NCBI GenBank assembly: GCA_041690735.1
Contig: JAWLGW010000001.1
Location: 1-26,958, forward strand
From: Planctomycetota bacterium
Lineage (GTDB): Bacteria > Planctomycetota > J058
Direction: 5' to 3'
DNA: 26,958 nucleotides
The notes below the pieces were generated by a model. It was given only the letters and a program-made list of their open reading frames with translations, did no database searches and was not told the DNA's origin. The position numbers and the translations under genes are program-made. Of the stretch, positions 1 through 7,453 are shown in pieces (position 1 is the stretch's first letter; every line of letters starts with the position of its first letter).

Positions 1-2
1 CC

Positions 3-1235
3 TCGGCCCGCGAAGCCTTCGCGGCGGCGCCCGCGCTGGCCGCGCTGGTGGTGGACGGGGCGGGCGAGGACGACCTGGCCCTGGCCGACCTGATCCTCGA
101 GCAGATCGCCCCCCAGGGCCTGGTGCACACCGAGGCCTCCCCGGAGCTGACGCGGATCCGCGCCGCCAAGGCCTCGGCCCGCTCGGCGCTGCGGCAGGCG
201 CTCAACCGGCTGTGCCGCGAGCCCGAGCTCCAGCCGGCCCTCACCGAGCGGCGGCCGGTGGAGCGAGGCCGCCACCTGTGCCTCAAGATCGCCCGCGCCG
301 CGGCGCGGCGGGTGCCGGGCAGCGTCGTCGCGGAGGAGGGGGCGAGCCTGTTCGTCGAGCCCGACGCCCTGCACCGGGAGTACGCGGCGGTGCGCCGGAT
401 CGACCTCGAGGAGCGCGAGGAGGAGGCGCGGATCACCCGCGAGCTGTCGGACCGGGCGCTCCCCTCGCGTGAGGCCTACCAGCGGCTGGCGGTCGGGCTG
501 ATCGAGGCCGAGCTGCACGGCGCCATGGCCCGCCTGGCCCTCGAGCAGGGGCAGGTCGAGCCGGCGGTGACCGACACCTCGACCCTCGAGCTGCAGCGCG
601 CCCGCCACCCGCTGCTGGTCGCCGAGGGCGAGGGGTGCGTGCCGATCGACATCGCCATGGACGAGGGGCGGCGCCTGCTGGTGGTGTCGGGCCCCAACGG
701 CGGCGGCAAGACGGCGGCGATGAAGACCGTCGGGCTGGCGGCGGCGCTGGCGCAGACCGGCGCCTGGGTCCCTGCCGAGCGGGCCCGGCTGCCGGTGTTC
801 CGCGGCCTGTTCTCGGCCGGCGGCGCCACGTCCAGCGTCCACGCGGGGCTCAGCACCTTCCAGGCGCACGCGCGCGAGCTGGCGGCGGTGTGCGCGGGCT
901 GCAGCCGGGGCAGCCTGGTGCTCCTCGACGAGATCGGCCTCGGGACCGACCCCGGCGAGGCGGCGGCCCTGGCGCAGGCCTTCCTCGAGGACCAGCTGCG
1001 GCGGGGGCTGCTCACCCTGGCCACCACGCACCTCTCCCCGCTCAAGGCGTTCGCCGCGCGGACCGACGGCGCCGCCAACGCGGCCGTGGCGCTCGACGCC
1101 GAGGGGCGGCCGACCTTCGTGCTGCACCTCGGGCAGGCGGGGCGGAGCTACGCCCTGGAGGCGGCTCGCCAGGCGGGCCTGCCCGAGGCGATCTTCACGC
1201 GGGCGGCCGAGCTCCACTCGGGCGAGGCGTCGTGA
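3..1235 (+). CDS. mutS2: MutS2-family ATPase, 5'-truncated by the window edge, ending after the ATPase domain (no Smr/KOW tail)
   Basis: Frame is open from position 3. MutS2-like clamp region (ASPELTRIR...LFVEP), ARHPLL, Walker A SGPNGGGKT, LSTF signature, Walker B LVLLDEIGLGTDP, TTH, and GRSYALEAARQAGLP helix; stop at 1233-1235. Confidence 0.85.
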   Translation, partial: SAREAFAAAPALAALVVDGAGEDDLALADLILEQIAPQGLVHTEASPELTRIRAAKASARSALRQALNRLCREPELQPALTERRPVERGRHLCLKIARAAARRVPGSVVAEEGASLFVEPDALHREYAAVRRIDLEEREEEARITRELSDRALPSREAYQRLAVGLIEAELHGAMARLALEQGQVEPAVTDTSTLELQRARHPLLVAEGEGCVPIDIAMDEGRRLLVVSGPNGGGKTAAMKTVGLAAALAQTGAWVPAERARLPVFRGLFSAGGATSSVHAGLSTFQAHARELAAVCAGCSRGSLVLLDEIGLGTDPGEAAALAQAFLEDQLRRGLLTLATTHLSPLKAFAARTDGAANAAVALDAEGRPTFVLHLGQAGRSYALEAARQAGLPEAIFTRAAELHSGEAS

Positions 1236-1999
1236 GCTTCGGCCCCGACCGCGACGACGACCGCGAGGACGAGGACGGGCCTCCTCCCTGGGAGGCCGAG
1301 TCCTGCCGCCTCTTCGCGGGGCGGATCTGCGCGCGGCACGTCGGCCTCGACCGCCTGCAGCAGGCGCTCGTGAACCATCCCCACACCCCGGGCGAGGCGG
1401 CCGACCGGTGGGTCATGCGGCTGGGTCGAGCGCGCCGACAGCGCCCGCCGACCGTGCGCGAGGAGGCGATCGAGCCCCCCGAGCGGATCGCCACCGCCAT
1501 GCGCCGCTGCCAGAAGCCCTTCCAGCTGTGGAACGTGAACCGCGTCCAGCAGACCGAGCCCTACGCCCTCGAGCCGGGGCCCGAGCTGAAGCTGGGCGGC
1601 GCCGCCGACCTGCCCGAGGAGCTGCGCGTGCCCCGGCGCGTCGAGAAGGCGACGACGGCGCTCAAGGAGTGGGTCGAGGATCAGGAGTTCGAGGCCATGC
1701 TGCGCAAGGGCGACGCGCGGCGCCTCAAGCAGGCGCTGCGCGAGCCGCTCCCCTTCGGCAAGCCCGACCCCAAGGGGGACGGCGTCCCCGGGGGAAAGCC
1801 GGCGCGGCCGCCCGCTGTCGGCGGGTTCGGCGGGTTCGGCGGCTTCGGCGGGCCGCCGGGACCGGGGCCGGGGCAGGGCTTCCCCGGCTTCGGCGCGCCC
1901 CCGCCGCCGACGCCGGGGCCCCCGGGCGGCTTCCCCGGCTTCGGCGCGCCGGGCGGCTTCCCCGGATTCGGCGGCCTCGGGAACCCCGACGACGACTGA
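1232..1999 (+). CDS. Hypothetical protein (255 aa) with C-terminal Gly/Phe/Pro low-complexity tail
   Basis: GTG at 1232 overlaps the mutS2 stop (GTGA). Strong GC3 bias from 1232 onward. The N-terminal part of track ORF 635..1999 is a shadow of mutS2. Confidence 0.75.
   Translation: MSFGPDRDDDREDEDGPPPWEAESCRLFAGRICARHVGLDRLQQALVNHPHTPGEAADRWVMRLGRARRQRPPTVREEAIEPPERIATAMRRCQKPFQLWNVNRVQQTEPYALEPGPELKLGGAADLPEELRVPRRVEKATTALKEWVEDQEFEAMLRKGDARRLKQALREPLPFGKPDPKGDGVPGGKPARPPAVGGFGGFGGFGGPPGPGPGQGFPGFGAPPPPTPGPPGGFPGFGAPGGFPGFGGLGNPDDD
1820..1981 (+). repeat. Coding repeats GGF x3 and GFPGFG x3
   Basis: ggcttccccggcttcggcgcgcc at 1877-1899 and 1928-1950; variant ggcttccccggattcggc at 1955-1972. 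Confidence 0.9.
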
Positions 2000-2007
2000 C
2001 GTCCTCC

Positions 2008-2016
2008 TGCTACAGT
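2008..2016 (+). promoter_or_regulatory. Putative extended -10 promoter (TG-C-TACAGT)
   Basis: TGnTAnnnT in the intergenic gap about 40 nt upstream of the GTG at 2059; AT-rich hexamers are rare in this background. Confidence 0.4.
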
Positions 2017-2058
2017 TAGCCCTGCGCGCCCGAAGGCCAGGGGCGCGAGGGAGGGACC

Positions 2059-2637
2059 GTGGAGCCGAGCGAGCTGGAGGACGCCCGGGGGACGCTCGAG
2101 CAGGTGGAGCGCCGGCTGCGGCGCGACATCGCCGACATGGTCGGGGTGCTGGAGGCCGACGTGCCCGCCTTCGTGGGGCGCAGCGTGCGGCGCACCTTCG
2201 AGCAGGCGCCCGAGGCGGACCGCGTCGACGACGCGGCGGTCAAGCGGCTCAAGGAGGACACCACGCGGCTGGGCCAGGAGCTCGCCGCCGAGGTGGCCCG
2301 CGAGCTGGCGGGGTTCGAGGTGTGGACCTGGGAGGCGGGCTGGACCCTGCCGAGCGAGCCGCCCGAGGACCTCGACGCCCATCCGCGGGTCAGCGAGGTG
2401 CTGAGTCGGGTGGGGGCCGCCGTGCGGGAGCTCCTCGAGCGGCACGGGCTGCCGGCTCCGGCCGAGGCGACGCACTACCGGCTGCCGGCCTACTTCGTGG
2501 CGGGGCACTTCATGAAGAGCCTCGTCGCCAACTACTGGCGCGCCCTCGCCGACCACGAGGCCCTGCGGCGCGCGCTGGCGGAGGCGGACCAGCGCGAGGC
2601 CCGCGAGGCCCGCGCGGCTCGGTGGGACCGGGCCTAG
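2059..2637 (+). CDS. Hypothetical alpha-helical protein (192 aa)
   Basis: SD-like GGAGGGA upstream of GTG, strong GC3 bias, coiled-coil-like termini; no family recognised. Confidence 0.75.
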   Translation: MEPSELEDARGTLEQVERRLRRDIADMVGVLEADVPAFVGRSVRRTFEQAPEADRVDDAAVKRLKEDTTRLGQELAAEVARELAGFEVWTWEAGWTLPSEPPEDLDAHPRVSEVLSRVGAAVRELLERHGLPAPAEATHYRLPAYFVAGHFMKSLVANYWRALADHEALRRALAEADQREAREARAARWDRA

Positions 2638-2645
2638 GGTCGCTG

Positions 2646-2651
2646 TATACT
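2646..2651 (+). promoter_or_regulatory. Putative sigma70 -10 hexamer TATACT
   Basis: Intergenic TATACT upstream of SD GGAGGG and TTG 2672; no good -35. Confidence 0.45.
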
Positions 2652-2671
2652 TCCCGGACAGGAGGGACACC

Positions 2672-3352
2672 TTGGCGGACGGAGATCAGCTGGGTTACGC
2701 GGAGGGGATCCTGGAGCAGCTCCGGGCCTCGTACGAGCAGATGAGCCGCGAGCAGCTGCTCGACCTGGTGTGCCACCTCCAGAAGAGCTACGTCCTCGAC
2801 CAGACGATCCCGTTCGACTTCCCCCTCCCCGAGCGGGCGGAGGAGCTGCGGGCCGACCGCCCCGACGCCCCCGACGCCGAGGAGGACGACCCCGCCGACC
2901 CCCCCGAGGTGCGCTTCGGCCGCCTGATCGAGGGGCTCAAGCGCCGCACCGGGCTGCCGCAGTTCTCGGGCTTCGCCCTGGAGGAGGGGCGCGCGGTGCT
3001 GGTGGTCGACAACCAGAAGGTGACCTTCGGCGAGCGGGTGACGGTGGAGTTCGTGCCGCTGCGCCAGCCCCCGCGGAGCGCCCCGGCGTCGGCGCCCTCC
3101 GCGCCCGAGCCGGCGGCGGCGGCGCCCCCGCCGCCGAGCGCGCCGGCCGCCCGCCCGGCGCCCGCCCCGTCGCGGCCCGGCCCGGCCCGCCCCGCCCCGG
3201 CCCGCCCCGCCCCGAGCCGACCTGCCCCGAGCCGTCCCGGCCCGAGTCGGCCTGGCCCGAGCCGACCGGCTGCCGCCCGTCCGGCGGAGCCGCCCGCCGA
3301 GGGCGACTACGACGCCGGCGCGGAGCGCTTCCGCCGGCTGGACCTCGACTGA
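2672..3352 (+). CDS. Hypothetical protein (226 aa): globular N-terminus, Pro/Ala/Arg linker, C-terminal RFRRLDLD motif
   Basis: SD GGAGGG before TTG, strong GC3 bias, lies directly upstream of the AAA+ gene. Confidence 0.75.
   Translation: MADGDQLGYAEGILEQLRASYEQMSREQLLDLVCHLQKSYVLDQTIPFDFPLPERAEELRADRPDAPDAEEDDPADPPEVRFGRLIEGLKRRTGLPQFSGFALEEGRAVLVVDNQKVTFGERVTVEFVPLRQPPRSAPASAPSAPEPAAAAPPPPSAPAARPAPAPSRPGPARPAPARPAPSRPAPSRPGPSRPGPSRPAAARPAEPPAEGDYDAGAERFRRLDLD
3167..3286 (+). repeat. Eight 15-nt tandem coding repeats, P(S/A)RP(A/G)
   Basis: PSRPG PARPA PARPA PSRPA PSRPG PSRPG PSRPA AARPA read directly from the sequence; synonymous sites have diverged. Confidence 0.9.
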
Positions 3353-3435
3353 GGGCGCGTGGACCCCGCCCGGCCTGACCCGATCCCTTCGACGGCGCGC
3401 GCGCGCGTCGCCGCTCCTCACCCCGGAGGCACCCC

Positions 3436-5028
3436 ATGACGACCGAGGCCGCCCCCCAGCCGCAGACGGACGCTCCCGTGTTCGAGGGCGGCGCCGTCCG
3501 CACCACCAGCGAGGAGCAGATCAAGTTCCTGATCAAGGCCCGCTACCCGCTGATCTACGTGATCTCGCCCGAGGAGGAGCGCGTGGAGCGGATCCTCCAG
3601 CGGGTGGCGAACGACACCAAGAGCAAGGTGATCTGGTGGTCGATCACCCAGGGCTTCTCCGCCCAGGGCGGCGCCGACGTGAAGGAGCCGATCGCGGCCC
3701 TCAACTACATGATCGACGCCAAGGAGACGGCGATCTTCGTGCTCCGTGACTTCCACGAGTACATGAAGAACCACGCCGTGAAGCGGCGCCTGCGCGACCT
3801 GGCCCGGGAGTTCCGCACCTCCTCCAAGAACTGCGTCCTGCTGTCGCCGGTGCAGGCGATCCCCCAGGAGATCGAGAAGGAGTTCGCGGTCGTCGACTTC
3901 GACCTGCCCAAGATCGAGGACATCTACCGGATCATGAACCGGCTGCTGACCGGGATCACCCCCGAGTCGCGAGCCTACGCCTGGAAGAGCCAGTTCCAGC
4001 AGGACGAGGCGGAGAAGCTCAAGGTCGCCGAGGCGGCCCTCGGCCTGACCGAGGTGGAGATCGAGAACGTCCTCGCCAAGTCGCTGGTGCAGGTGCGGCG
4101 GTTCGACATCGATATCATTCACTCCGAGAAGGAGCAGATCATCCGCAAGAGCGGCACCCTCGACTTCATGCACACCGACGCCTCCTTCGGCGGCGTGGGC
4201 GGCCTGGAGCTCATGAAGGACTGGCTGCGCAAGCGCGCCAAGGCCTTCTCCCACGAGGCCCGCGAGTTCGGCCTCCCCGAGCCGCGCGGGATCCTCATGC
4301 TCGGCATTCCGGGCTGCGGCAAGTCGCTCATGGCCAAGGCGGTCGCCTCCCTGTGGCGCCTGCCCCTGATCCGCCTCGACATCGGCAAGGTCATGGGCTC
4401 GCTGGTCGGCTCCTCCGAGGAGGGGATCCGCCGGGCGATCAAGACCGCCGAGTCGGTGGCCCCCTGCATCCTGTGGCTGGACGAGCTGGAGAAGGGGCTG
4501 TCGGGCACCCAGAGCTCGGGGCAGTCGGACGGCGGCACCACGGCCCGCGTGTTCGGCACGTTCATCACCTGGCTGCAGGAGAAGGACTCGCCGGTGTTCG
4601 TGATCGGCACCGCCAACAACGTCAAGCAGCTCCCCCCCGAGCTGCTGCGCAAGGGCCGCTTCGACGAGATCTTCTTCGTGGACCTGCCCAGCCGCGAGGA
4701 GCGGCGGGCGATCGTCGAGATCCACATCAAGCGCCGCCGCCGCGACCCCGCCAACTTCGACATCGACGCCCTGGTCGACGCCACCGACGGCTTCTCGGGC
4801 TCCGAGATCGAGCAGGTGGTGATCTCCGCCCTGTACGACGCCTTCGACAAGGACGAGGAGATCAACGACGAGTACCTGCTGCAGGGCGTCGAGGAGACGG
4901 TCCCCCTGTCGCGCACCATGCAGGAGGAGATCGCCTCCATGCGCGACTGGGCCAAGAGCCGCGCCCGCCTGGCCAGCCGGGCGGTGGAGCTCGAGGACCG
5001 CGACGCCGTGCGCAAGATCGACATCTGA
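3436..5028 (+). CDS. ycf46: Ycf46/SpoVK-type AAA+ ATPase (degenerate N-terminal AAA module plus active C-terminal module)
   Basis: N-terminal IKARYPLIYV..EEERV and IFVLRDFH; Walker A GIPGCGKS, Walker B ILWLDELEKG, TAN sensor, PPELLRKGRFDEIFFVDLP; followed by DUF1257- and DUF2997-like genes. Confidence 0.92.
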   Translation: MTTEAAPQPQTDAPVFEGGAVRTTSEEQIKFLIKARYPLIYVISPEEERVERILQRVANDTKSKVIWWSITQGFSAQGGADVKEPIAALNYMIDAKETAIFVLRDFHEYMKNHAVKRRLRDLAREFRTSSKNCVLLSPVQAIPQEIEKEFAVVDFDLPKIEDIYRIMNRLLTGITPESRAYAWKSQFQQDEAEKLKVAEAALGLTEVEIENVLAKSLVQVRRFDIDIIHSEKEQIIRKSGTLDFMHTDASFGGVGGLELMKDWLRKRAKAFSHEAREFGLPEPRGILMLGIPGCGKSLMAKAVASLWRLPLIRLDIGKVMGSLVGSSEEGIRRAIKTAESVAPCILWLDELEKGLSGTQSSGQSDGGTTARVFGTFITWLQEKDSPVFVIGTANNVKQLPPELLRKGRFDEIFFVDLPSREERRAIVEIHIKRRRRDPANFDIDALVDATDGFSGSEIEQVVISALYDAFDKDEEINDEYLLQGVEETVPLSRTMQEEIASMRDWAKSRARLASRAVELEDRDAVRKIDI

Positions 5029-5037
5029 GAGGTCGCC

Positions 5038-5427
5038 ATGTCCCACTTCACGACCGTCAAGACCAAGATCAAGTGCCTGGTCACCCTCAAGAAGGTGGTC
5101 GAGGAGATGGGCTTCACCCTCAAGGAGGGTGTGACCCACGTCCGCGGCTACCAGGGGGAGCTGACCGAGGCCATGGCCGTGATCGACACCAAGTCGAGCT
5201 ACGACATCGGGATCGTGCAGGAGGGCGACACCTACGCCCTGGTGGGCGACTGGGAGATGCTGCAGGTCCGCGCCGGGATCGAGCAGGACGAGTTCATGAA
5301 GACCCTCAACAAGAAGTACGCCTACTTCAAGGTCCTGGAGGAGATCTCCAAGCAGGGCTACGCCGTCGTCGAGGAGACCGAGGACGAGAAGCAGGTGGTG
5401 CACGTGCGCGTGCGGCGCTGGAGCTGA
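5038..5427 (+). CDS. DUF1257 (Ycf35-like) family protein
   Basis: MSHFTTVKT N-terminus, VRGYQG, YDIG..Y.LVGDW motifs, and typical position next to a Ycf46 ATPase. Confidence 0.88.
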   Translation: MSHFTTVKTKIKCLVTLKKVVEEMGFTLKEGVTHVRGYQGELTEAMAVIDTKSSYDIGIVQEGDTYALVGDWEMLQVRAGIEQDEFMKTLNKKYAYFKVLEEISKQGYAVVEETEDEKQVVHVRVRRWS

Positions 5428-5444
5428 AGGCAGGACATAAGAAG

Positions 5445-5530
5445 TGAACCGCAGAGATCGCAGAGGACGCAGAGATTCGCAGAGGAGCTCCTCGGCGCCT
5501 CTCTGCGCTCTCCGCGCTCTCTGCGGTTCA
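5445..5530. repeat. Intergenic imperfect palindrome (REP-like element) built from cgcagag units
   Basis: Left arm tgaaccgcagagatcgcagaggacgcagaga (5445-5475) pairs with right arm 5500-5530 (reverse complement tgaaccgcagagagcgcggagagcgcagaga); gcagag recurs at 9-10 nt period. Confidence 0.85.
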
Positions 5531-5581
5531 TCTCTTCAAGGATCGCTGCGCTAGCGCGCGGGCACGACGAGAGAGACACGC

Positions 5582-5794
5582 ATGGCCGACATGGACGAGC
5601 TCGAGATCCAGATCGACGACGAGGGCAACGTCACGATCAAGGTGGTGAACGGCCCGGGCGGCGCCGACTGTCTCAAGCTCACCAAGGAGATCGAGGAGGC
5701 CCTGGGCCTGGTCGCCGAGCGGGAGCTGACCGCCGAGTATTACGAGGAGAAGACCGAGGCCGAGGGTCAGATCGAGCTGGGGGGCGGGCAGTAG
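5582..5794 (+). CDS. DUF2997 family protein (70 aa), C-terminus GGGQ
   Basis: IQIDDEGNVTIKV..G.G..C...T..IEEALG...ER.LTAEYY pattern; third member of the Ycf46/DUF1257/DUF2997 triad. Confidence 0.85.
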   Translation: MADMDELEIQIDDEGNVTIKVVNGPGGADCLKLTKEIEEALGLVAERELTAEYYEEKTEAEGQIELGGGQ

Positions 5795-5808
5795 CCCGCC
5801 GCTAGGGC

Positions 5809-6525
5809 ATGGCGGAGTACGTCAACAGGTTCCAGCGCGAGGAGCTCCTGGCGGTGATCCGCGCCTCGGGGAGCCTGGACGAGGACACGGTCCACGAGGT
5901 GGACCTCACCGGGATCACCCGCGACGGCTTCTCGGTCCGCAAGAGCGTCCTCCGCAACGCCACCCTGGCCCAGGCCCAGCTCCCCGGCAGCCGGTGGGTC
6001 GAGACCGCCTTGCAGGGGGTCAGCCTGCGCCAGGCCGGCCTGCGGGAGGCGGTGCTGGAGGCCTGCGGCGTGTACGGCTCCGACCTGATCGAGGCCGACC
6101 TCGAGGACGCCAAGGTGGCCGGCGTCCGGTTCGAGGGCTGCGGCCTGGTCAACCTCAAGGCCCCGGGCGCGGTCCTCGCCGACTGCAGCTTCGAGGGGAC
6201 CGACCTGTACCGCGCCGACCTGCGCGGGGCCCGCCTCCTCCACTGCCGCTTCCGCGCCCCTCAGCTGGGCGGCGCGTCGCTCACCCGGGCCCGCCTGCAG
6301 GGCGCGGTCCTGATCGACTGCGACCTCAAGGAGGCCAACCTGCGCGAGGCCGAGCTCGACGGGGCGATCCTGGTCTCGTGCGACCTGCGCGGCGTCAACG
6401 CTACCGAGGCCAGCTTCGTGGGCGCCCGCCTGGTCGCCTGCAACGCCGAGGGGATCCACCTCGAGCGCGCGAACCTCGACGGCATGAAGCACGCGGGGAC
6501 GAGGTGGTTCCACGCGGTCAGGTGA
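5809..6525 (+). CDS. Pentapeptide-repeat protein
   Basis: Long run of A(D/N)LxxA-type pentapeptides (ADLRGARLL, ANLREAELDGAIL, ASFVGARL). Confidence 0.92.
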   Translation: MAEYVNRFQREELLAVIRASGSLDEDTVHEVDLTGITRDGFSVRKSVLRNATLAQAQLPGSRWVETALQGVSLRQAGLREAVLEACGVYGSDLIEADLEDAKVAGVRFEGCGLVNLKAPGAVLADCSFEGTDLYRADLRGARLLHCRFRAPQLGGASLTRARLQGAVLIDCDLKEANLREAELDGAILVSCDLRGVNATEASFVGARLVACNAEGIHLERANLDGMKHAGTRWFHAVR

Positions 6526-7336
6526 CCACCGAGCTGTCGCTTGCCGGTCCTTCCTCCTCGTCGCGCAGCGCGTCGCGACGCGCCCGCCATGCCCGAGCTC
6601 GGACGTATCCCAGCGCCAGCGAGACCTGCAGTGCGGCACCCAGCGCGACGGCGAGCCGTGGGGGCACCCACAGGAGGTCTCGGAGGGGGCGCGGGAGCGC
6701 CGGCGCGAGCCACCAGGCGATGGGCGCGACCAGCAGGACCCACGGCGTGGCGGCCGCCGCGAAGCGAGTGACTTCGCGGCGCGCCCGCACGTCGGGGGGC
6801 GCCAGGAGCAGCGCCGCGCCGCCCACGAGCCAGGCCAACGCCAGGATCGTACCCAGGACCATGGCCGCACTCTGCAGGGCCGCTGCGCCGTGGGGGCTCC
6901 CGTAGAGGACGCCCACCGTCGAGGAGAGCGGGCCCCGAAGCAGGCCCGCGTGACCCGGACACGAGCAGGCGGGTCTAAGGTCGCTGTGCACGGCGTAGTC
7001 TCCGCAGAGCCATGCGGCCAGCAGACCCGCCTGGACCGTGGCCGCCCGGTAGACGAGGATCGCCTCGGACCGCGCGGTCATTCCCTCGAGCCCTGGCGCC
7101 GCGGCGGCAGCCAGCAGCATGAGCGTTAGCCCTAGCCCGATCGGGTGGGTCCAGACCTCACGCAGCCAAAACCATCCCTCGCCCAGCGGGATGTGGGGTC
7201 GCCACTGCACGCCCGACCACCCGACCAGCGTCACCACCAGGGCGTACAGCGCGGCCCACGACAGCACGAACACGATCGCCGCGCTCCGCGGGCTGGCGCG
7301 GGCCGCGGGCGCCGAGTTGCTGTTCACTGTTCCCAC
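6518..7336 (-). CDS. Hypothetical multi-pass membrane protein
   Basis: Several hydrophobic segments of about 20 aa; fills the gap between flanking genes; 8-nt convergent overlap with the pentapeptide gene. Codon usage is atypical (CTA, CTT, AGA); start uncertain (7336 or 7327). Confidence 0.6.
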   Translation of the reverse strand: MGTVNSNSAPAARASPRSAAIVFVLSWAALYALVVTLVGWSGVQWRPHIPLGEGWFWLREVWTHPIGLGLTLMLLAAAAAPGLEGMTARSEAILVYRAATVQAGLLAAWLCGDYAVHSDLRPACSCPGHAGLLRGPLSSTVGVLYGSPHGAAALQSAAMVLGTILALAWLVGGAALLLAPPDVRARREVTRFAAAATPWVLLVAPIAWWLAPALPRPLRDLLWVPPRLAVALGAALQVSLALGYVRARAWRARRDALRDEEEGPASDSSVVT

Positions 7337-7392
7337 ACGCGGTCCACTAAGGCTTACTCCCCTGGACGCATCGGCCTCTCCTCCGTACGCGC

Positions 7393-7423
7393 CGCGGGCC
7401 GCGCCAGATTGGCGCGGCCCGCG
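7393..7423 (-). terminator. GC-rich hairpin downstream of the secreted-protein gene
   Basis: Perfect 14-bp stem cgcgggccgcgcca / tggcgcggcccgcg with 3-nt loop, 30 nt past the stop at 7454; no U-tract. Confidence 0.6.
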
Positions 7424-7453
7424 TGGTTCCGTTCAGTGGTCGGTGGCTAGTGC

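Noticed and set aside
635-1231. N-terminal part of track ORF 635..1999
   Set aside because: Arg/Gly/Pro-rich shadow of mutS2; the real gene most likely starts at GTG 1232.
3395-3407. Alternating (GC)n tract upstream of ycf46, possible Z-DNA
   Set aside because: Only 13 nt, and expected by chance at this GC content.
3436-5028. Ycf46 ATPase as the proteasomal ATPase (ARC/Mpa) of the Pup-like system
   Set aside because: No N-terminal coiled-coil/OB architecture and no HbYX tail (ends KIDI); it is clearly Ycf46-type.
3418-5403. 661-aa minus-strand ORF
   Set aside because: Antisense shadow of ycf46/DUF1257; stop-free because of GC3 bias, no motifs.
5358-5579. 73-aa Cys-rich minus-strand ORF (LCVLCDLCG)
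   Set aside because: Translation of the palindromic element, not a metal-binding protein.
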